From the NCBI GenBank assembly GCA_963760795.1, contig CAVXEP010000003.1, positions 1 through 64,000 of the forward strand: a DNA stretch of 64,000 nt, read 5' to 3'. The stretch is from an uncultured delta proteobacterium (GTDB taxonomy: Bacteria; Desulfobacterota; Binatia; UBA9968). Below are positions 33,883 to 44,412 of this stretch, piece by piece; within the stretch, counting starts at the first letter, position 1, and every line of letters begins with the position of its first letter. Both the position numbers and the translations under genes were made by a program. The notes under the pieces were generated by a model. The model made no database searches. It had not been told where the DNA came from and saw only the letters and a list, made by a program, of their open reading frames with translations.

Positions 33883-33931
33883 ATCATTCTCCTCTACGGT
33901 AAATTTCAATGACATTCCATGTTGAACAGGA

Positions 33932-34117
33932 GCAAGAACTACGCCTTCGCTGCCGCGCTGTGAGGCAAACCAAATCCGCGGTATTCACCTGAATTTTTTC
34001 GCAACGCTGCGCAAATCCACGGCGATATTCTCATTTGTGAAAACCAGCCGCCGAGTGAGCGCCGCAATCGCGCCAACTCCTGCGATAATTTTTTCGCGAG
34101 CTTGGCACGGACACTGC
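33932..34117. promoter_or_regulatory. Divergent sigma54 promoters with tandem palindromes
   Basis: AGGCGTAGTTCTTGC (-, 33946-33932); TGGCACGGACACTGC (+, 34103-34117); TTTCGCA-acgc-TGCGCAA (33997); ATTCTCA-tttg-TGAAAAC (34027). Confidence 0.65.
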
Positions 34118-34250
34118 ACCAACAACGGGTGCAGCAACTGTTGAGGAGGAACCGAGGTGGGGCTAGTGTAAATGAGCATATTTGGAATTCGGCATCGGAA
34201 ATTGTGAGTTTGTCATAGCGGCCTCGCACAGCGCGGCCGCCGGAGGCGTT

Positions 34251-34517
34251 ATGGGCGGTTTTTTGGGCGATAAAGAAGTACTCACTAAAGAACGAGTCAA
34301 GGAAATACTGCGCAACAAGGAATATAACTTCTTCGAAGAGAAAGTTAATCTTCTCGAAGTCAGGGACGACTCCTTGTTGCTGAAAGTTTCCTTCTTGATC
34401 GAACACAAGACACGCATGATCGTGATCGAGGAAAAAGATCCCATCGTCGTGCCGTTTAGCGATTTCAAAGTCGAGGATTGGGGCGACGGCGTCAAAAAAA
34501 TCGCCGATATCGAGTGA
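34251..34517 (+). CDS. Hypothetical protein
   Basis: GGAGG RBS, 88-aa ORF MGGFLGDKEVL... Confidence 0.65.
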   Translation: MGGFLGDKEVLTKERVKEILRNKEYNFFEEKVNLLEVRDDSLLLKVSFLIEHKTRMIVIEEKDPIVVPFSDFKVEDWGDGVKKIADIE

Positions 34518-34624
34518 GCGACCCTCTTTCGCGGCTCTCGAAATATCGATATCGTGCATTTGTCAGCGCTTCGGCATACTGCGGCGGTTCATCGAGCGCA
34601 CCGCCCTTGACGCCGACAAAACTG

Positions 34625-34909
34625 CTAAAAATAGTCTTTTTTCTTAAAGTAAGAATACAAACCCAGCGAGATCAATACCATGCCGGAGATCGCCGCGAAA
34701 TAACCGTAGCGCCATTCCAGTGCGGGCATAAATTTGAAATTCATGCCATAGATGCCCGCGATGGCGGTGATCACGACAAATATCGTGCCCCAGGCGGTGA
34801 GCCGCTTCATCGTCAGGTTGAGCTGATTCGAGGTCGACGCGAGATGGACTTCGAGAGCGCTTGAAAGAATATCTCTGAGGCTGTCGAGTTCCTCGGTGTA
34901 AAACGACAA
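34625..34909 (-). pseudogene. corA: CorA Mg/Co transporter C-terminal fragment
   Basis: NQLNLTMKRLT, GIYGMNF..MP.LEWRYGY; N-terminal two thirds absent. Confidence 0.8.
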
Positions 34910-35051
34910 GATGGATCATTACACCAAGCTCTGGCACGACTGGTTGCTGCAATGAGAGATATTTCGAGAATGACTGACACCGCCAAAGATAACCGCACGC
35001 AAACCGCTCATGAACGTTGCCATGACCTGTCGTCCAGGTCGACGCGACGCG

Positions 35052-36686
35052 CTATGGCCTAAAGCCGACAACGAGATGGGCCCGATGGGACTCGGGAAAC
35101 CCTTCGCCTTCGCACTTGAGCGTGACGATGTAGGTGCCCGCCGTTGCAATCGCCTCGGGTGAAATGATCGCCTTAAGCTCATCCTTTGAGACGAAGCTGG
35201 TCGGTAGCGGTTCGCCGTTCAGCATGACGCGGTGGAATGGCCACATCCCGCCCTGCCCTCGTACCTTCAATACCGTGGGGCCGGAACCCTCTTCGAGAAA
35301 CAGCGGCGATATTTCGAGGTCCAGCGGCAAGCTCTGATAGGAATAAAATGACGCGATCGGATTCTTGTATTTTTTAAATCCGATATCGATGACCTTGCCA
35401 TCCAAGACGACCATCTTGACGTTTTGCGTCATCCAGATGTCTTGCAGCGGGTCGCCCTCGACGATGGACAGGTCTGCGACCTTGCCGGCCTCGACGCTGC
35501 CGTAGTCTTTGTCTTTCTTGAAAGTCCTGGCGACGTTGAGCGTGGCGGCTTGGATCGCCGTCATCGGCGGCACGCCCGCCTCCACGTCCATCACCAGCGC
35601 CTGATGCATCAGCAATGCCGCCATGCCGCGCGGCGGGTCCGAGCCTTCTTTCAGGATGCCACCGGCCTGAACGAAACGCCGGATGAATTCTTTCGCTTTG
35701 TCATAGCCGACCTTGGCTTGCTCGAGCTGCGCGGGCGTGTAGCGCTTGAGCAGCTTGTCATAAGAATTATCGGTGACCGCGCGTACCGCCGGCGGGAGAT
35801 CGGCATTGGGGTCGTTCAGGATTTGGTTCTCTCGTTCTCTGAAGCGCGCCGCGCTCGGCGACAGCGGCCGGAGCCACTTTGCAATAGTCGGCGTCCACGC
35901 GACCTGGTGCGCCACCATCGCGTCGATCACCGCGTCGTAATTTTCCGTCTGATAATAAGCGCCGGCGAGCTCCTGATCGATCACGCCGCCGAGTCGATCT
36001 TCGGCGAGCTTGCGCCTGGCGGGTGCGTAAGGAATGGAGCTGTAGCCCACTGACCAGATATGCTCGACGGCGTCCACGCCGGCGTTGGCGGAGCCGACGA
36101 CGTCCCAACTGTGGGCGGCTACCGGCATGTCCAGGCGATGGGCTTCGTCGACGGCGACTTTCACCAGGTCTAGAGAAAGAAACTCGTTGACCTTGAGGAT
36201 GTCGCAGCCAAGCTGCTTTTTCCGCTGCACCGCTTGGCGAACTTCTTCGGGCGTCGTGACGATGATGTTGTCGCGCGCGGTTCGCGAGCCGAAGGCGTCG
36301 TGCCCCGTGCTGACGCCGCCGATCGCGCGGCCGGACATCCAAATCCGCGGCCCGCGGATTCTCCCCAAAGCGGTACCCTGCTTTTGCGCCAGGGTCCAAG
36401 GGCCGTCCTGGTAGAGCTCAATATTGGCGCAAGTGGTAATTCCCAGGTGCAGATAAAGCTCGCCATGGAAATCCTCCAGGTGGCCATGACCGTCGATGAA
36501 GCCCGGCAGAACAGTTTTACCCGCGAGATCGATCACCTCAGCGTCGGCGGGAATAGCGACTGCGCCGCTTCTGCCGACGGTTTGGAACCTGCCTGACTGG
36601 ATCACAATGACGGAATTATCGATCGGCGGTCGGCCGGTGCCATCGATCAGTTTTCCACCCTGGAGAACGAGAATTTTCTCCGCCAT
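35052..36686 (-). CDS. Amidohydrolase-family protein
   Basis: LPGFIDGHGH, VAAH, VEH, GSD, ATLN.A, GSVEAGKVADL. Confidence 0.88.
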   Translation of the reverse strand: MAEKILVLQGGKLIDGTGRPPIDNSVIVIQSGRFQTVGRSGAVAIPADAEVIDLAGKTVLPGFIDGHGHLEDFHGELYLHLGITTCANIELYQDGPWTLAQKQGTALGRIRGPRIWMSGRAIGGVSTGHDAFGSRTARDNIIVTTPEEVRQAVQRKKQLGCDILKVNEFLSLDLVKVAVDEAHRLDMPVAAHSWDVVGSANAGVDAVEHIWSVGYSSIPYAPARRKLAEDRLGGVIDQELAGAYYQTENYDAVIDAMVAHQVAWTPTIAKWLRPLSPSAARFRERENQILNDPNADLPPAVRAVTDNSYDKLLKRYTPAQLEQAKVGYDKAKEFIRRFVQAGGILKEGSDPPRGMAALLMHQALVMDVEAGVPPMTAIQAATLNVARTFKKDKDYGSVEAGKVADLSIVEGDPLQDIWMTQNVKMVVLDGKVIDIGFKKYKNPIASFYSYQSLPLDLEISPLFLEEGSGPTVLKVRGQGGMWPFHRVMLNGEPLPTSFVSKDELKAIISPEAIATAGTYIVTLKCEGEGFPESHRAHLVVGFRP

Positions 36687-37202
36687 GATTTCCTTCCCTC
36701 CCGCGTGCCGATCCGCAGCATCCTACGCGACTGGATTGCCGAGCCGGCGGCACAAACGCGACTGTAGCTATCCGCTCCCACGCGGCTTTTCTACCACGTT
36801 TGCGCAATTCCGAAAACGTGAAAACTGTCGCGGCACGATCGGTAAGTTTTTTCTCCCGCTGGCATCACTAAGACGGGACAAGTCGCGCCGCGGGAAAATC
36901 AGTCGGTGACGCTGCCGAACAGCCGCCGCGGCCGTGCCACGACATGACAACCAGATCGACTCGCTCTACCGATTTGCAAGCAGCTTGGCAACCGCGCACC
37001 ATTCACGTCATTTCCGAATATGGTTCGAATTGCCCCGACACCACTTGCTGCCGTCGGGCGGATTATTGTTGCGGTTGCGCGCTTTGTGATGGACCGTCAG
37101 CTCGTGCAGTTTCTTGCCGGCAAACTCGCGCCCGCACTAGGCGCAAATTTATGGCAAATTTATCAGCGCGCGATGACGATAAACATTGCCACGCCCTTGC
37201 CC

Positions 37203-38207
37203 TCAGCGAACTTCCTTGCCGGGGTAGAGCTGTTTTAACAAACCTTCATCGACGATCTGCTTCATAAACCGATCGTCGAGAAAATCACTGACAAACTGAT
37301 CGGCGGCCCGGCCGGTGACTCCCAGGTGATCGAGGACGGTCTTGGTGCCTTCGATACTCGGACGCGGCACCGGCTCCATAAAGCGAGTGTCCGAGTCATA
37401 GGCGTGTTGCAAAATATTTGGGTCGGAAACACGAGTGTACTTTTCCAACACGGCCTTCGCCTCATTGGGGCGTCGTTTGATGTAGGCGATCGCTTCGGTG
37501 ATGCCGGCCACGAAACTGCGCATGCGCCCGGGCTGCTTGGCGATGTACGGCCGCATCGCCGCGCTGCAATTGCCTATATAAGGGATATTCAATTCGCCCA
37601 ATTCGAGCAGCGATTTAAAACCTGCCGCCGCCGCTTGGAGATCGTTCGGTGAGGACGCAAAAATCGCCTGCACCCGGCCGTTGACCAGCGCCGCGAATGC
37701 CGCGCTGGTTGACCCGCTATAGATCAGCGAAACATCCTGACCGAGTTTGAACCCTTGGCGGACAAAAAACAGTTTGGCGGCAAAATCGCTCGCCGAACCA
37801 GGGTTGGCGACGGCGAATACTTTGCCGCGCAGCTCCGCGATTTTTTGAATCGCCGGCGAGACCATGATATTCGATGTCAGTTTGTGCGCCGCGCAAGAGG
37901 TGACCGCGATATCGCCACCGCTCAAGCGCATCTGCACCAGCGGCGGACCGGCGGAGAAATAAATCTGGATCTCGCCGGCGAGCAGCGCCGGCCGGCCGGC
38001 GGCGCGCGGCAAATAGATCGGCTTGACCTGGATACCATGCTTGTCGAACAGCTTGGCCTCGGCGCCGACCCACAGCGGCAATATCGACCCCGACAGCGTC
38101 CCATGGCCGACCAGCAAGGTCGGCCGCTCCTGGGCAAACACCGCCCCATAGAGCAGGCCGGCCAACCCGATAAACATCAATTGACTGGCAGCACGCTGGG
38201 ATTTCAT
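37203..38207 (-). CDS. ABC substrate-binding protein, NMT1/THI5-like
   Basis: Signal peptide, LFDKHGI, ELRGK, PGSASD, AALVNGRVQA. Confidence 0.82.
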   Translation of the reverse strand: MKSQRAASQLMFIGLAGLLYGAVFAQERPTLLVGHGTLSGSILPLWVGAEAKLFDKHGIQVKPIYLPRAAGRPALLAGEIQIYFSAGPPLVQMRLSGGDIAVTSCAAHKLTSNIMVSPAIQKIAELRGKVFAVANPGSASDFAAKLFFVRQGFKLGQDVSLIYSGSTSAAFAALVNGRVQAIFASSPNDLQAAAAGFKSLLELGELNIPYIGNCSAAMRPYIAKQPGRMRSFVAGITEAIAYIKRRPNEAKAVLEKYTRVSDPNILQHAYDSDTRFMEPVPRPSIEGTKTVLDHLGVTGRAADQFVSDFLDDRFMKQIVDEGLLKQLYPGKEVR

Positions 38208-38305
38208 GGGTTAGCCTCCGTCATGCTGAGTTCATCGTCTTACGAAACTCGCGCCGTCGGCGTGGTCACACTAATTTGATAACAGATAGCCTATTGAGAG
38301 AGATG

Positions 38306-38389
38306 GTTTCAATCCTCACTCCCCGGCGAAGGAGGAGGGCATCCATCGGCACGTCAAGCGAGTTGCAGCCGGCAAATGCTTCAATCCTG
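38306..38389. CRISPR. Possible degenerate CRISPR remnant (repeat, 34-nt spacer, partial repeat)
   Basis: GTTTCAATCCTCACTCCCCGGCGAAGGAGGAGGGCATC, then GCTTCAATCCT 72 bp later; no cas genes in window. Confidence 0.25.
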
Positions 38390-38646
38390 CTCGAGGAATC
38401 GAAACCCACGAGCGCCAGCGATGGCGATGGCTATCGGCGCCGCCGATGAGCCAGGCGGCGACCAGCAAAGCGCTGGGCGCGCCGGACTACCCAGCGGTGA
38501 GCCGGAAGAGGAACCGGTTACGGGAGGTTGTGCAGGGGAATAAGCGTCTCGTGCTGGCTTTATCGGACATTGAAGAGGACTTACACCTTAGATAAAGATT
38601 TGACCTAGAATTCCCTTTTGTGAATTCCTTGCCCTTTTCTCTTCGC

Positions 38647-38967
38647 TCACTTCACCACCGCAACGACCAAAGCTACCAGTGCGATTAATCCTACGCCCGC
38701 TGCCACCACGGCCAAAACTTTCAGGGACTTTTGCACGGTGTGAAGAACCGTTTCGATGAGTTTCAGCTTGTCGTTGATCTCCTTATTGACTGCGGCCTGT
38801 AATTCTAGTGCCTTTTTTAGATCGTCCAGTTGATTCTGAGTCCCAGCTCCGGGTTTTCGAATAGTCTCGACTAGTTGGCGAATTTGCTCGATGGAAACAT
38901 TGACCGCAGGAGTAATAGTCGCTAGCTGGATCAGAAGTTTAGCGATAGTTGTGATTGAAAACATCAT
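38647..38967 (-). CDS. Hypothetical coiled-coil protein with C-terminal TM helix
   Basis: 106-aa ORF, hydrophobic C-terminus, lower GC. Confidence 0.6.
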   Translation of the reverse strand: MMFSITTIAKLLIQLATITPAVNVSIEQIRQLVETIRKPGAGTQNQLDDLKKALELQAAVNKEINDKLKLIETVLHTVQKSLKVLAVVAAGVGLIALVALVVAVVK

Positions 38968-39355
38968 GACTCTCGTTTCGCCGGTGCGACCATTAAAGTT
39001 GCCAGATGGAGCTAAAAAAGGTGGCGGGTTACTTTTCTTTTCGCTGCTGCCAGTGCGCTTTTCGCACCGGTCATTGCCGGTTCAAAGCCGCGCCAACAAT
39101 ATATCGTCCACTATCATTTCAGCGTTCATTTTGATCTTTCGATAATCCAAGAAACGCGAAAGGCCCTCGTCATTATGAATCCGGTAATCGATTTGCACGG
39201 CGCGCAGCGTTTGAACGATTGGAACGTTTGGAACCGCGCTCGATCAATATTTGGCACGGCCATCAGTATTGATTGACTGAGCGCCGCGCTAATCTACTCC
39301 TTGCAGTCAAGCTACTTCGGCAGTCAGGCACAGCCACTTTCGGCAGCTTTGCGCT

Positions 39356-39523
39356 TCACTGTTTCGCTTTAGAAACCAGCCAAATAACAATGCCGATAAC
39401 TCCAACGACCAGAAGCGCTCCGACCCAGACTCCGGCCTTAAAAATTTCAGCCACCAGCTCACAGCCAGACAATGCGAGTGAAGAAATAAGCAGCCCCACC
39501 GACGACCACCACGATTGTTTCAT
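39356..39523 (-). CDS. Small membrane lipoprotein (55 aa), below ORF-track cutoff
   Basis: GGAGG RBS; MKQSWWSSVGLLISSLALSGCELVAEIFKAGVWVGALLVVGVIGIVIWLVSKAKQ; lipobox LSGC plus TM helix. Confidence 0.75.
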   Translation of the reverse strand: MKQSWWSSVGLLISSLALSGCELVAEIFKAGVWVGALLVVGVIGIVIWLVSKAKQ

Positions 39524-39971
39524 AGAAGCCCTCCAGCATCCCGATTGAATGGCTGGTAGTCTAACAAGTGAGACGGACCGGACAAGTAACTGGTAAAATT
39601 CACTCGCTTAAGCAATCAGGCGGTTAGTAACAGGTATCTCGACGTTTTGAGAATTCCCGAAACGTCGAAGCTCCCGACTGGTTTTCAATCTCTCAAACAA
39701 TTTGACCGTAGCGAAGCGCAATGAACTGCCGCGCAACAAGCTAGGGGGTATCGGAAGAACGCGATCAGAATTTTCCTAAATGCGTAAATGTTTCATGTTT
39801 CTCGTCTCATGTTTCTCTCTGCTCCGACTCCAGGGAAAATCAACGAGCCTGATGGGCAACATGTCGAGTAGTCCCTTGACACCTTCGCGCGTCGCGCCCT
39901 ATGATTTGCGGGTGCTTTCGCGCTCTGACCATCGGTTCCAAGGCCTGGTTCCAGACAGTTTGGAGGGTGCT

Positions 39972-41000
39972 ATGAAACGCTTCGCGTGCGCGCTCTTGTT
40001 TCTGCTGGCGTCGGTCACGAACGGACAAGCTCAGACGCCCTTCTATCAAGGTAAAACCATCCGGATCATCGTCGGCAATCTTGCCGGCGACGCCTACGAT
40101 CTCTGGGCGAGAATCTTCGCCCAGCACATGGGCAAATACATCGCCGGGAATCCCACCATTATTGTGCAGAACATGACTGGAGCGGGAGGAGTGGTCGCCG
40201 CCAACTATGTTTATTCCGTGGCCAAGCCCGATGGTCTCACCCTCGGCACATTCGGGCCTTCAATGTACTTCGACCAGCTGGCCCGGCGCCCCGAAGTCCG
40301 GTTTGACTGGGCGAAATTCACCTGGCTCGGCACACCGGAACAAACCGAATTTATCCTGGTCATGAGGACGGACAATCCGTACCAATCGATCGAGGATGTG
40401 CGCAAGGCCGCGCAGCCGCCCAAGTGCGGCGCCACTGGCACGAGCACTTCCGGTTATTACATGCCGAAATTTTTGGATGAAGGGTTGGGGATCAAGTTCA
40501 ACATCGTGACCGGCTATCCCGGCGGCGGTGAGATTGACCTCGGCATCGAGCGCGGGGAGCTGCACTGCCGCAATCTTACGATCAGCACTTATTTCGCCCG
40601 CGAGCCGTTTCTGACCTGGCACAAGAAGGGGTTTGTCCGGCCCATCCTACAAACGGGAAAGAAGAGGGATCCGCTAGTTGCCGACGTTCCGTCGATCTAC
40701 GAGTTGATGGACCAATACAAGACGCCGGAGTCCACCCGGCGGGTGGCCGCGGTCCTTCTCGCTCCCGCGGTCTTCGGCCGACCGATGGTCGCCACGCCGG
40801 GAGTGCCGCCCGACCGGGTGAAAATTTTGCGCGGCGCTTACCACCAGTCGCTTAAAGATCCGGCGCTGCTCGAAGAGTTGAAGAAGCGCCGTTGGACGGT
40901 GGATGCGATCGGCGGCGAGGAGTTGGCGAAGCTGGCGAAAGAGGTGGTCTCACAGCCGCCGGATGTGGTCGAGCGCATGATGAAATTGTTGGGCAATTAG
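39972..41000 (+). CDS. TctC/Bug-family tripartite transporter substrate-binding protein
   Basis: FYQGKTIRIIVG, VQNMTGAGG, AKPDGLT, VTGYPGG, PGVPPDRV. Confidence 0.88.
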   Translation: MKRFACALLFLLASVTNGQAQTPFYQGKTIRIIVGNLAGDAYDLWARIFAQHMGKYIAGNPTIIVQNMTGAGGVVAANYVYSVAKPDGLTLGTFGPSMYFDQLARRPEVRFDWAKFTWLGTPEQTEFILVMRTDNPYQSIEDVRKAAQPPKCGATGTSTSGYYMPKFLDEGLGIKFNIVTGYPGGGEIDLGIERGELHCRNLTISTYFAREPFLTWHKKGFVRPILQTGKKRDPLVADVPSIYELMDQYKTPESTRRVAAVLLAPAVFGRPMVATPGVPPDRVKILRGAYHQSLKDPALLEELKKRRWTVDAIGGEELAKLAKEVVSQPPDVVERMMKLLGN

Positions 41001-41033
41001 TTGGGCCTCGCTGCCTGCGGTGTCGCGTTGCGA

Positions 41034-42110
41034 TCAATCGCGAACGCCGGCTCTCGATGCGGCGAAAATTTCCCACACCGCCATGAACATCGCGGCGATC
41101 AGCGGCCCGATGACAAAACCGTTGAGCCCGAAAATGGCCATGCCGCCAAGGGTGGAGATCAGCACGACATAGTCGGGCATTTTGGTGTCCTTACCCACCA
41201 GGATCGGCCGCAGAAGGTTGTCTACCAGGCCGATGACGAACACGCCGAAGGCGATCAAAACGATGCCCTGCCAGATCGCGCCGGTGACCAAAAAATAAAT
41301 CGCCACCGGAAGCCAGATCAGGGCGGTGCCGATGGCCGGCAGCAGCGAGAACAAAGCCATAACCACCGCCCAGAGCACCGGCGCATGGACATTCAGTATC
41401 CAGAATATCAGCCCGCCGAGCATTCCTTGGACGATTGCCGTAACGACGTTGCCTTTGACGCTGGCGCGAGTCACGGTGGCGAACATATCGAAAAGCTCGC
41501 GCTGCTGATGCGGACGCAAAGGGACGGCAGTCCTGATGCGCCTGGCGAGATCATTGCCGTCGCGCACGAAAAAGAACAGCAGGTAGAGAACAATGCAAAG
41601 ATTGATCGCCAGATCGAACGTGTTCTGGCCAATATCAAATGCCTTGGTGGCAACGAACTGGCTGCCCTGCATTAAATTGCTGGACAGTTTATCTTGCATC
41701 ACGCCCAGATTGGTCAGGCCAAAACGGTCCAGCAAGGTAGTGATCCATGCGGGCAGGGCGTCCAGCACCTGCTGAAAATACCGGCCGAAGTTGATTTCTC
41801 CCGACTTGAACTTCTCGTACACGCCGACCGCTTCCTGTAATAACAACCCGCCGATCAGGATAAGCGGCAAAATGACGATGAGCAGAACGATGACGACGGT
41901 CGCGAGCGCCGCAAGCGTGCGTCTCTGCCCCATGATTCCGCGCAGCCGGCGGTCGAGAGGCGCAAACAGGATCGCCAAGATGGTTCCCCATAAAACCGCA
42001 CCGTAGAAGGGCCAGAGGATCCATGCGAATGCCAGCGTTACGGCAATGACCAGTAGCAAGAACGTCTTGTCTTCAAGGCCCGGCAGGTTGACAGGGTTTG
42101 GCGATTTCAT
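41034..42110 (-). CDS. AI-2E family transporter
   Basis: Multi-TM; LFFFVRDG, VDNLLRPILVG, GLNGFVIGP. Confidence 0.9.
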   Translation of the reverse strand: MKSPNPVNLPGLEDKTFLLLVIAVTLAFAWILWPFYGAVLWGTILAILFAPLDRRLRGIMGQRRTLAALATVVIVLLIVILPLILIGGLLLQEAVGVYEKFKSGEINFGRYFQQVLDALPAWITTLLDRFGLTNLGVMQDKLSSNLMQGSQFVATKAFDIGQNTFDLAINLCIVLYLLFFFVRDGNDLARRIRTAVPLRPHQQRELFDMFATVTRASVKGNVVTAIVQGMLGGLIFWILNVHAPVLWAVVMALFSLLPAIGTALIWLPVAIYFLVTGAIWQGIVLIAFGVFVIGLVDNLLRPILVGKDTKMPDYVVLISTLGGMAIFGLNGFVIGPLIAAMFMAVWEIFAASRAGVRD

Positions 42111-42273
42111 AGCATCTCGACTTTGACCGTTTGCGCGGTAATAAGCGCGGCTTGCCGATTCTGCTAGCGGTCAGCCACGACTGAGCACCGTAGCGCATTG
42201 ATAGAAACACGATAGCCGCGCCGATTCCAGCTTTTCAAAAGAATAGCGTTTGCAGGGTTCAGACCCAGCAAAA

Positions 42274-42874
42274 TTACGCCCGTTTTGCCCGCAGGGTCCG
42301 CATCACGATCGAGTAACGCAGCTCTTTCACCGCTGGTATCGAATGCTGCCAGCTTTCTCGCGCAGCGCCGCTCAGCAAATAAACCGACGCGGTTGTAGGT
42401 CCATCGATATCGCTTCATCACGACCGATGCTTCGAGCGCGGACGGCGATATTGGCGAAATTTTAGTCGACATGGCGTGCCGAGAGAAATGCCGATGACCA
42501 CGCGAAACTGCGGAATATCCCATGCCAGCCGATGGGCGCTCCGGTAAATATTCAATAATCGTCGCTTGAACCAAACCGTCTGAACGGATTTTAAACAGGC
42601 TGCCCGCGCGTGAGCGCAACGGCAGGAGGAACTCCGGGAGGGCCGCTGCTTCGGTAATGTCGGCTGCGCCGAACGCGTAATCCCAACCGAAAGTTGCAGT
42701 GCGGCGCTTCCCGGTGAATTGATGGAATTTAAACGGCGTGAGTTGAAGTTTTTGAATTCTTTCGACCAGCTCGCACTCTTCAGCCTCTGAGATAAAGTTT
42801 CGCTGATAGTAAAATCCCTCGGGAGTTGAGCGGAGAGTTGAAAAAAGATCGTGCTCTTGATTCGCTCCAGGCAT
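42274..42874 (-). pseudogene. AlkB-like 2OG-Fe(II) dioxygenase with several frameshifts
   Basis: PEGFYY..NFISEAEE, GKRRT..FGWDY, LPEFLLPLR, IIEY; C-terminal RYSIVMRTL in another frame. Confidence 0.7.
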
Positions 42875-43001
42875 ACGTCGACTTACGCCATCAGCGACAG
42901 AAGTTTAAGGGTACCGGAACGGATGACGCGTCTGCCCGTTCACTGAGGGATCCGCGCCATCCGAGCCGGCAAATCATGCCCGCAGTTTTGCGGACTCGAC
43001 A

Positions 43002-43148
43002 CTATAATTTTTTCTTGACTGCGTCGGCCGCATCCTGAGTCTTTTCGCCGGCACGTTCAACGTCTTTTCCGACACCGTGAACCGTGTTGCACGCGATGTT
43101 CAGACTCAGGAATAACAGCATCAGGGTCGCGTAAATTATCGGTCGCAT
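43002..43148 (-). CDS. Entericidin A/B-family lipoprotein (48 aa)
   Basis: AGGAG RBS; ...NIACNTVHGVGKDVERAGEKTQDAA. Confidence 0.85.
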   Translation of the reverse strand: MRPIIYATLMLLFLSLNIACNTVHGVGKDVERAGEKTQDAADAVKKKL

Positions 43149-43196
43149 AGTCGATCTCCTATTTCAGTGATGATTTCACACACCCATTTATATTTA

Positions 43197-43211
43197 GCAT
43201 TATATGTGCCG
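43197..43211 (-). promoter_or_regulatory. sigma54 promoter
   Basis: CGGCACATATAATGC upstream of entericidin gene. Confidence 0.55.
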
Positions 43212-43447
43212 GGTCATGCGCCGCTAAAAACTCTCTCGGCTGAAGCTTTCTGATTAAATTACTCAAACCTCTCAGTGAAAACGTCGCATTTTCCGCCGAA
43301 CAAAGGAGAAGCGCCGCGAGCCAATTTCTCACACGTCCCAATATTGAGAATCCAGTATTCCGTGCGACCCAGATTTAGGTCGCGATTCTCCCGCACAAAA
43401 ATCTGTGTCGAATCCATAATGGGCGCCAGCCATGTTAGAAATTATTT

Positions 43448-43759
43448 CTAGTCGCGATCCCATCGCCAATCACGATACCAGTCCCGGTTTGACTGATGTA
43501 TGTCCCGCCGGTCTTGTTGAATTTCTCTGCGCTGATCGCGGATTTTTTCACTATACTCACGGGCATCCCGATGATCGCCCTGGCGCAGTTCGCGGTCACG
43601 CGCGCGCCGCAACCGTTGCAGTTCCTGGAGATCCTCGCGCAGCTCTTGACGCTGTTCACGATTCCCTGGCGGGTCAGCGGCAATGGCGCGTCCACTCGGA
43701 ATCCCTATAGCAGCTGCCATTAATCCGATAGATATAATTGACGTTGATTTTTTTCTCAT
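43448..43759 (-). CDS. Secreted R/D/Q-rich low-complexity protein
   Basis: GGAGG RBS, signal peptide, highly charged helical repeats. Confidence 0.7.
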   Translation of the reverse strand: MRKKSTSIISIGLMAAAIGIPSGRAIAADPPGNREQRQELREDLQELQRLRRARDRELRQGDHRDAREYSEKIRDQRREIQQDRRDIHQSNRDWYRDWRWDRD

Positions 43760-43786
43760 TGTCTTTTCCTCCTGCCCTGAAGAAAA

Positions 43787-43801
43787 GCAAGCTCCATACC
43801 A
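43787..43801 (-). promoter_or_regulatory. sigma54 promoter
   Basis: TGGTATGGAGCTTGC. Confidence 0.6.
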
Positions 43802-44133
43802 AGAGTGTAAATATTAGATAACGCTAGAGTTGCGCAAATATTGAGCGAAAGGGAGTAAGAGAATTTCGTCCGGAGTATCGTGAAAATCTCCGACGTCCCA
43901 ATTAGGCGACACCAATCGAGGGATTATTCGACGGAAGTAACTTTAGAAATCCGCGTGACCGCATGGATCGAAGAACGATTTCACCCTGCGGTCAAAATGA
44001 CAGCGAATCCGAACTTGACGTTTTGAGCGTGGCGTAACTAACAGTGGGCGATCAGGTCGAGGCGGCCGAAGGCGAAGCAAAGATAACAGGTTCGACTTCG
44101 CGCCGTCCCGTGCCATGCGCGAATTGCTGCCGC

Positions 44134-44400
44134 CTATCCCTTGCCCTGCGACGGCACCACTAGCACGGGACATTTCGCCGCCCGCAGCAATCTATCCGTG
44201 ACGCTGCCGATCAGCATGCGCGACAGGCCGCTGCGGCCTTGGGACGACATGACCACCAGATCGATATGCTCGTTCTCGGCGCAGTCGACGATGGCGCTGT
44301 AGGGCTGGCCGGCGACCACCAATTCGCGGAGTTTCACGTCGGCGCCGTGATGGGGAACCGCCTTGGGACAACCTCGGCGAGCTATCCGTTCGGCCCCTGC
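44134..44400 (-). pseudogene. Universal stress protein, N-terminally truncated
   Basis: GQPYSAIV, DLVVMSSQGRSG..LIGSVT..CPVLVVP; no N-terminal half. Confidence 0.7.
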
Positions 44401-44412
44401 GCCGCCCGCACA

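Noticed and set aside
39559-39630. Possible attC (GTCTAAC...GTTAGTA)
   Set aside because: Internal complementarity is too poor and no L-box pairing is evident
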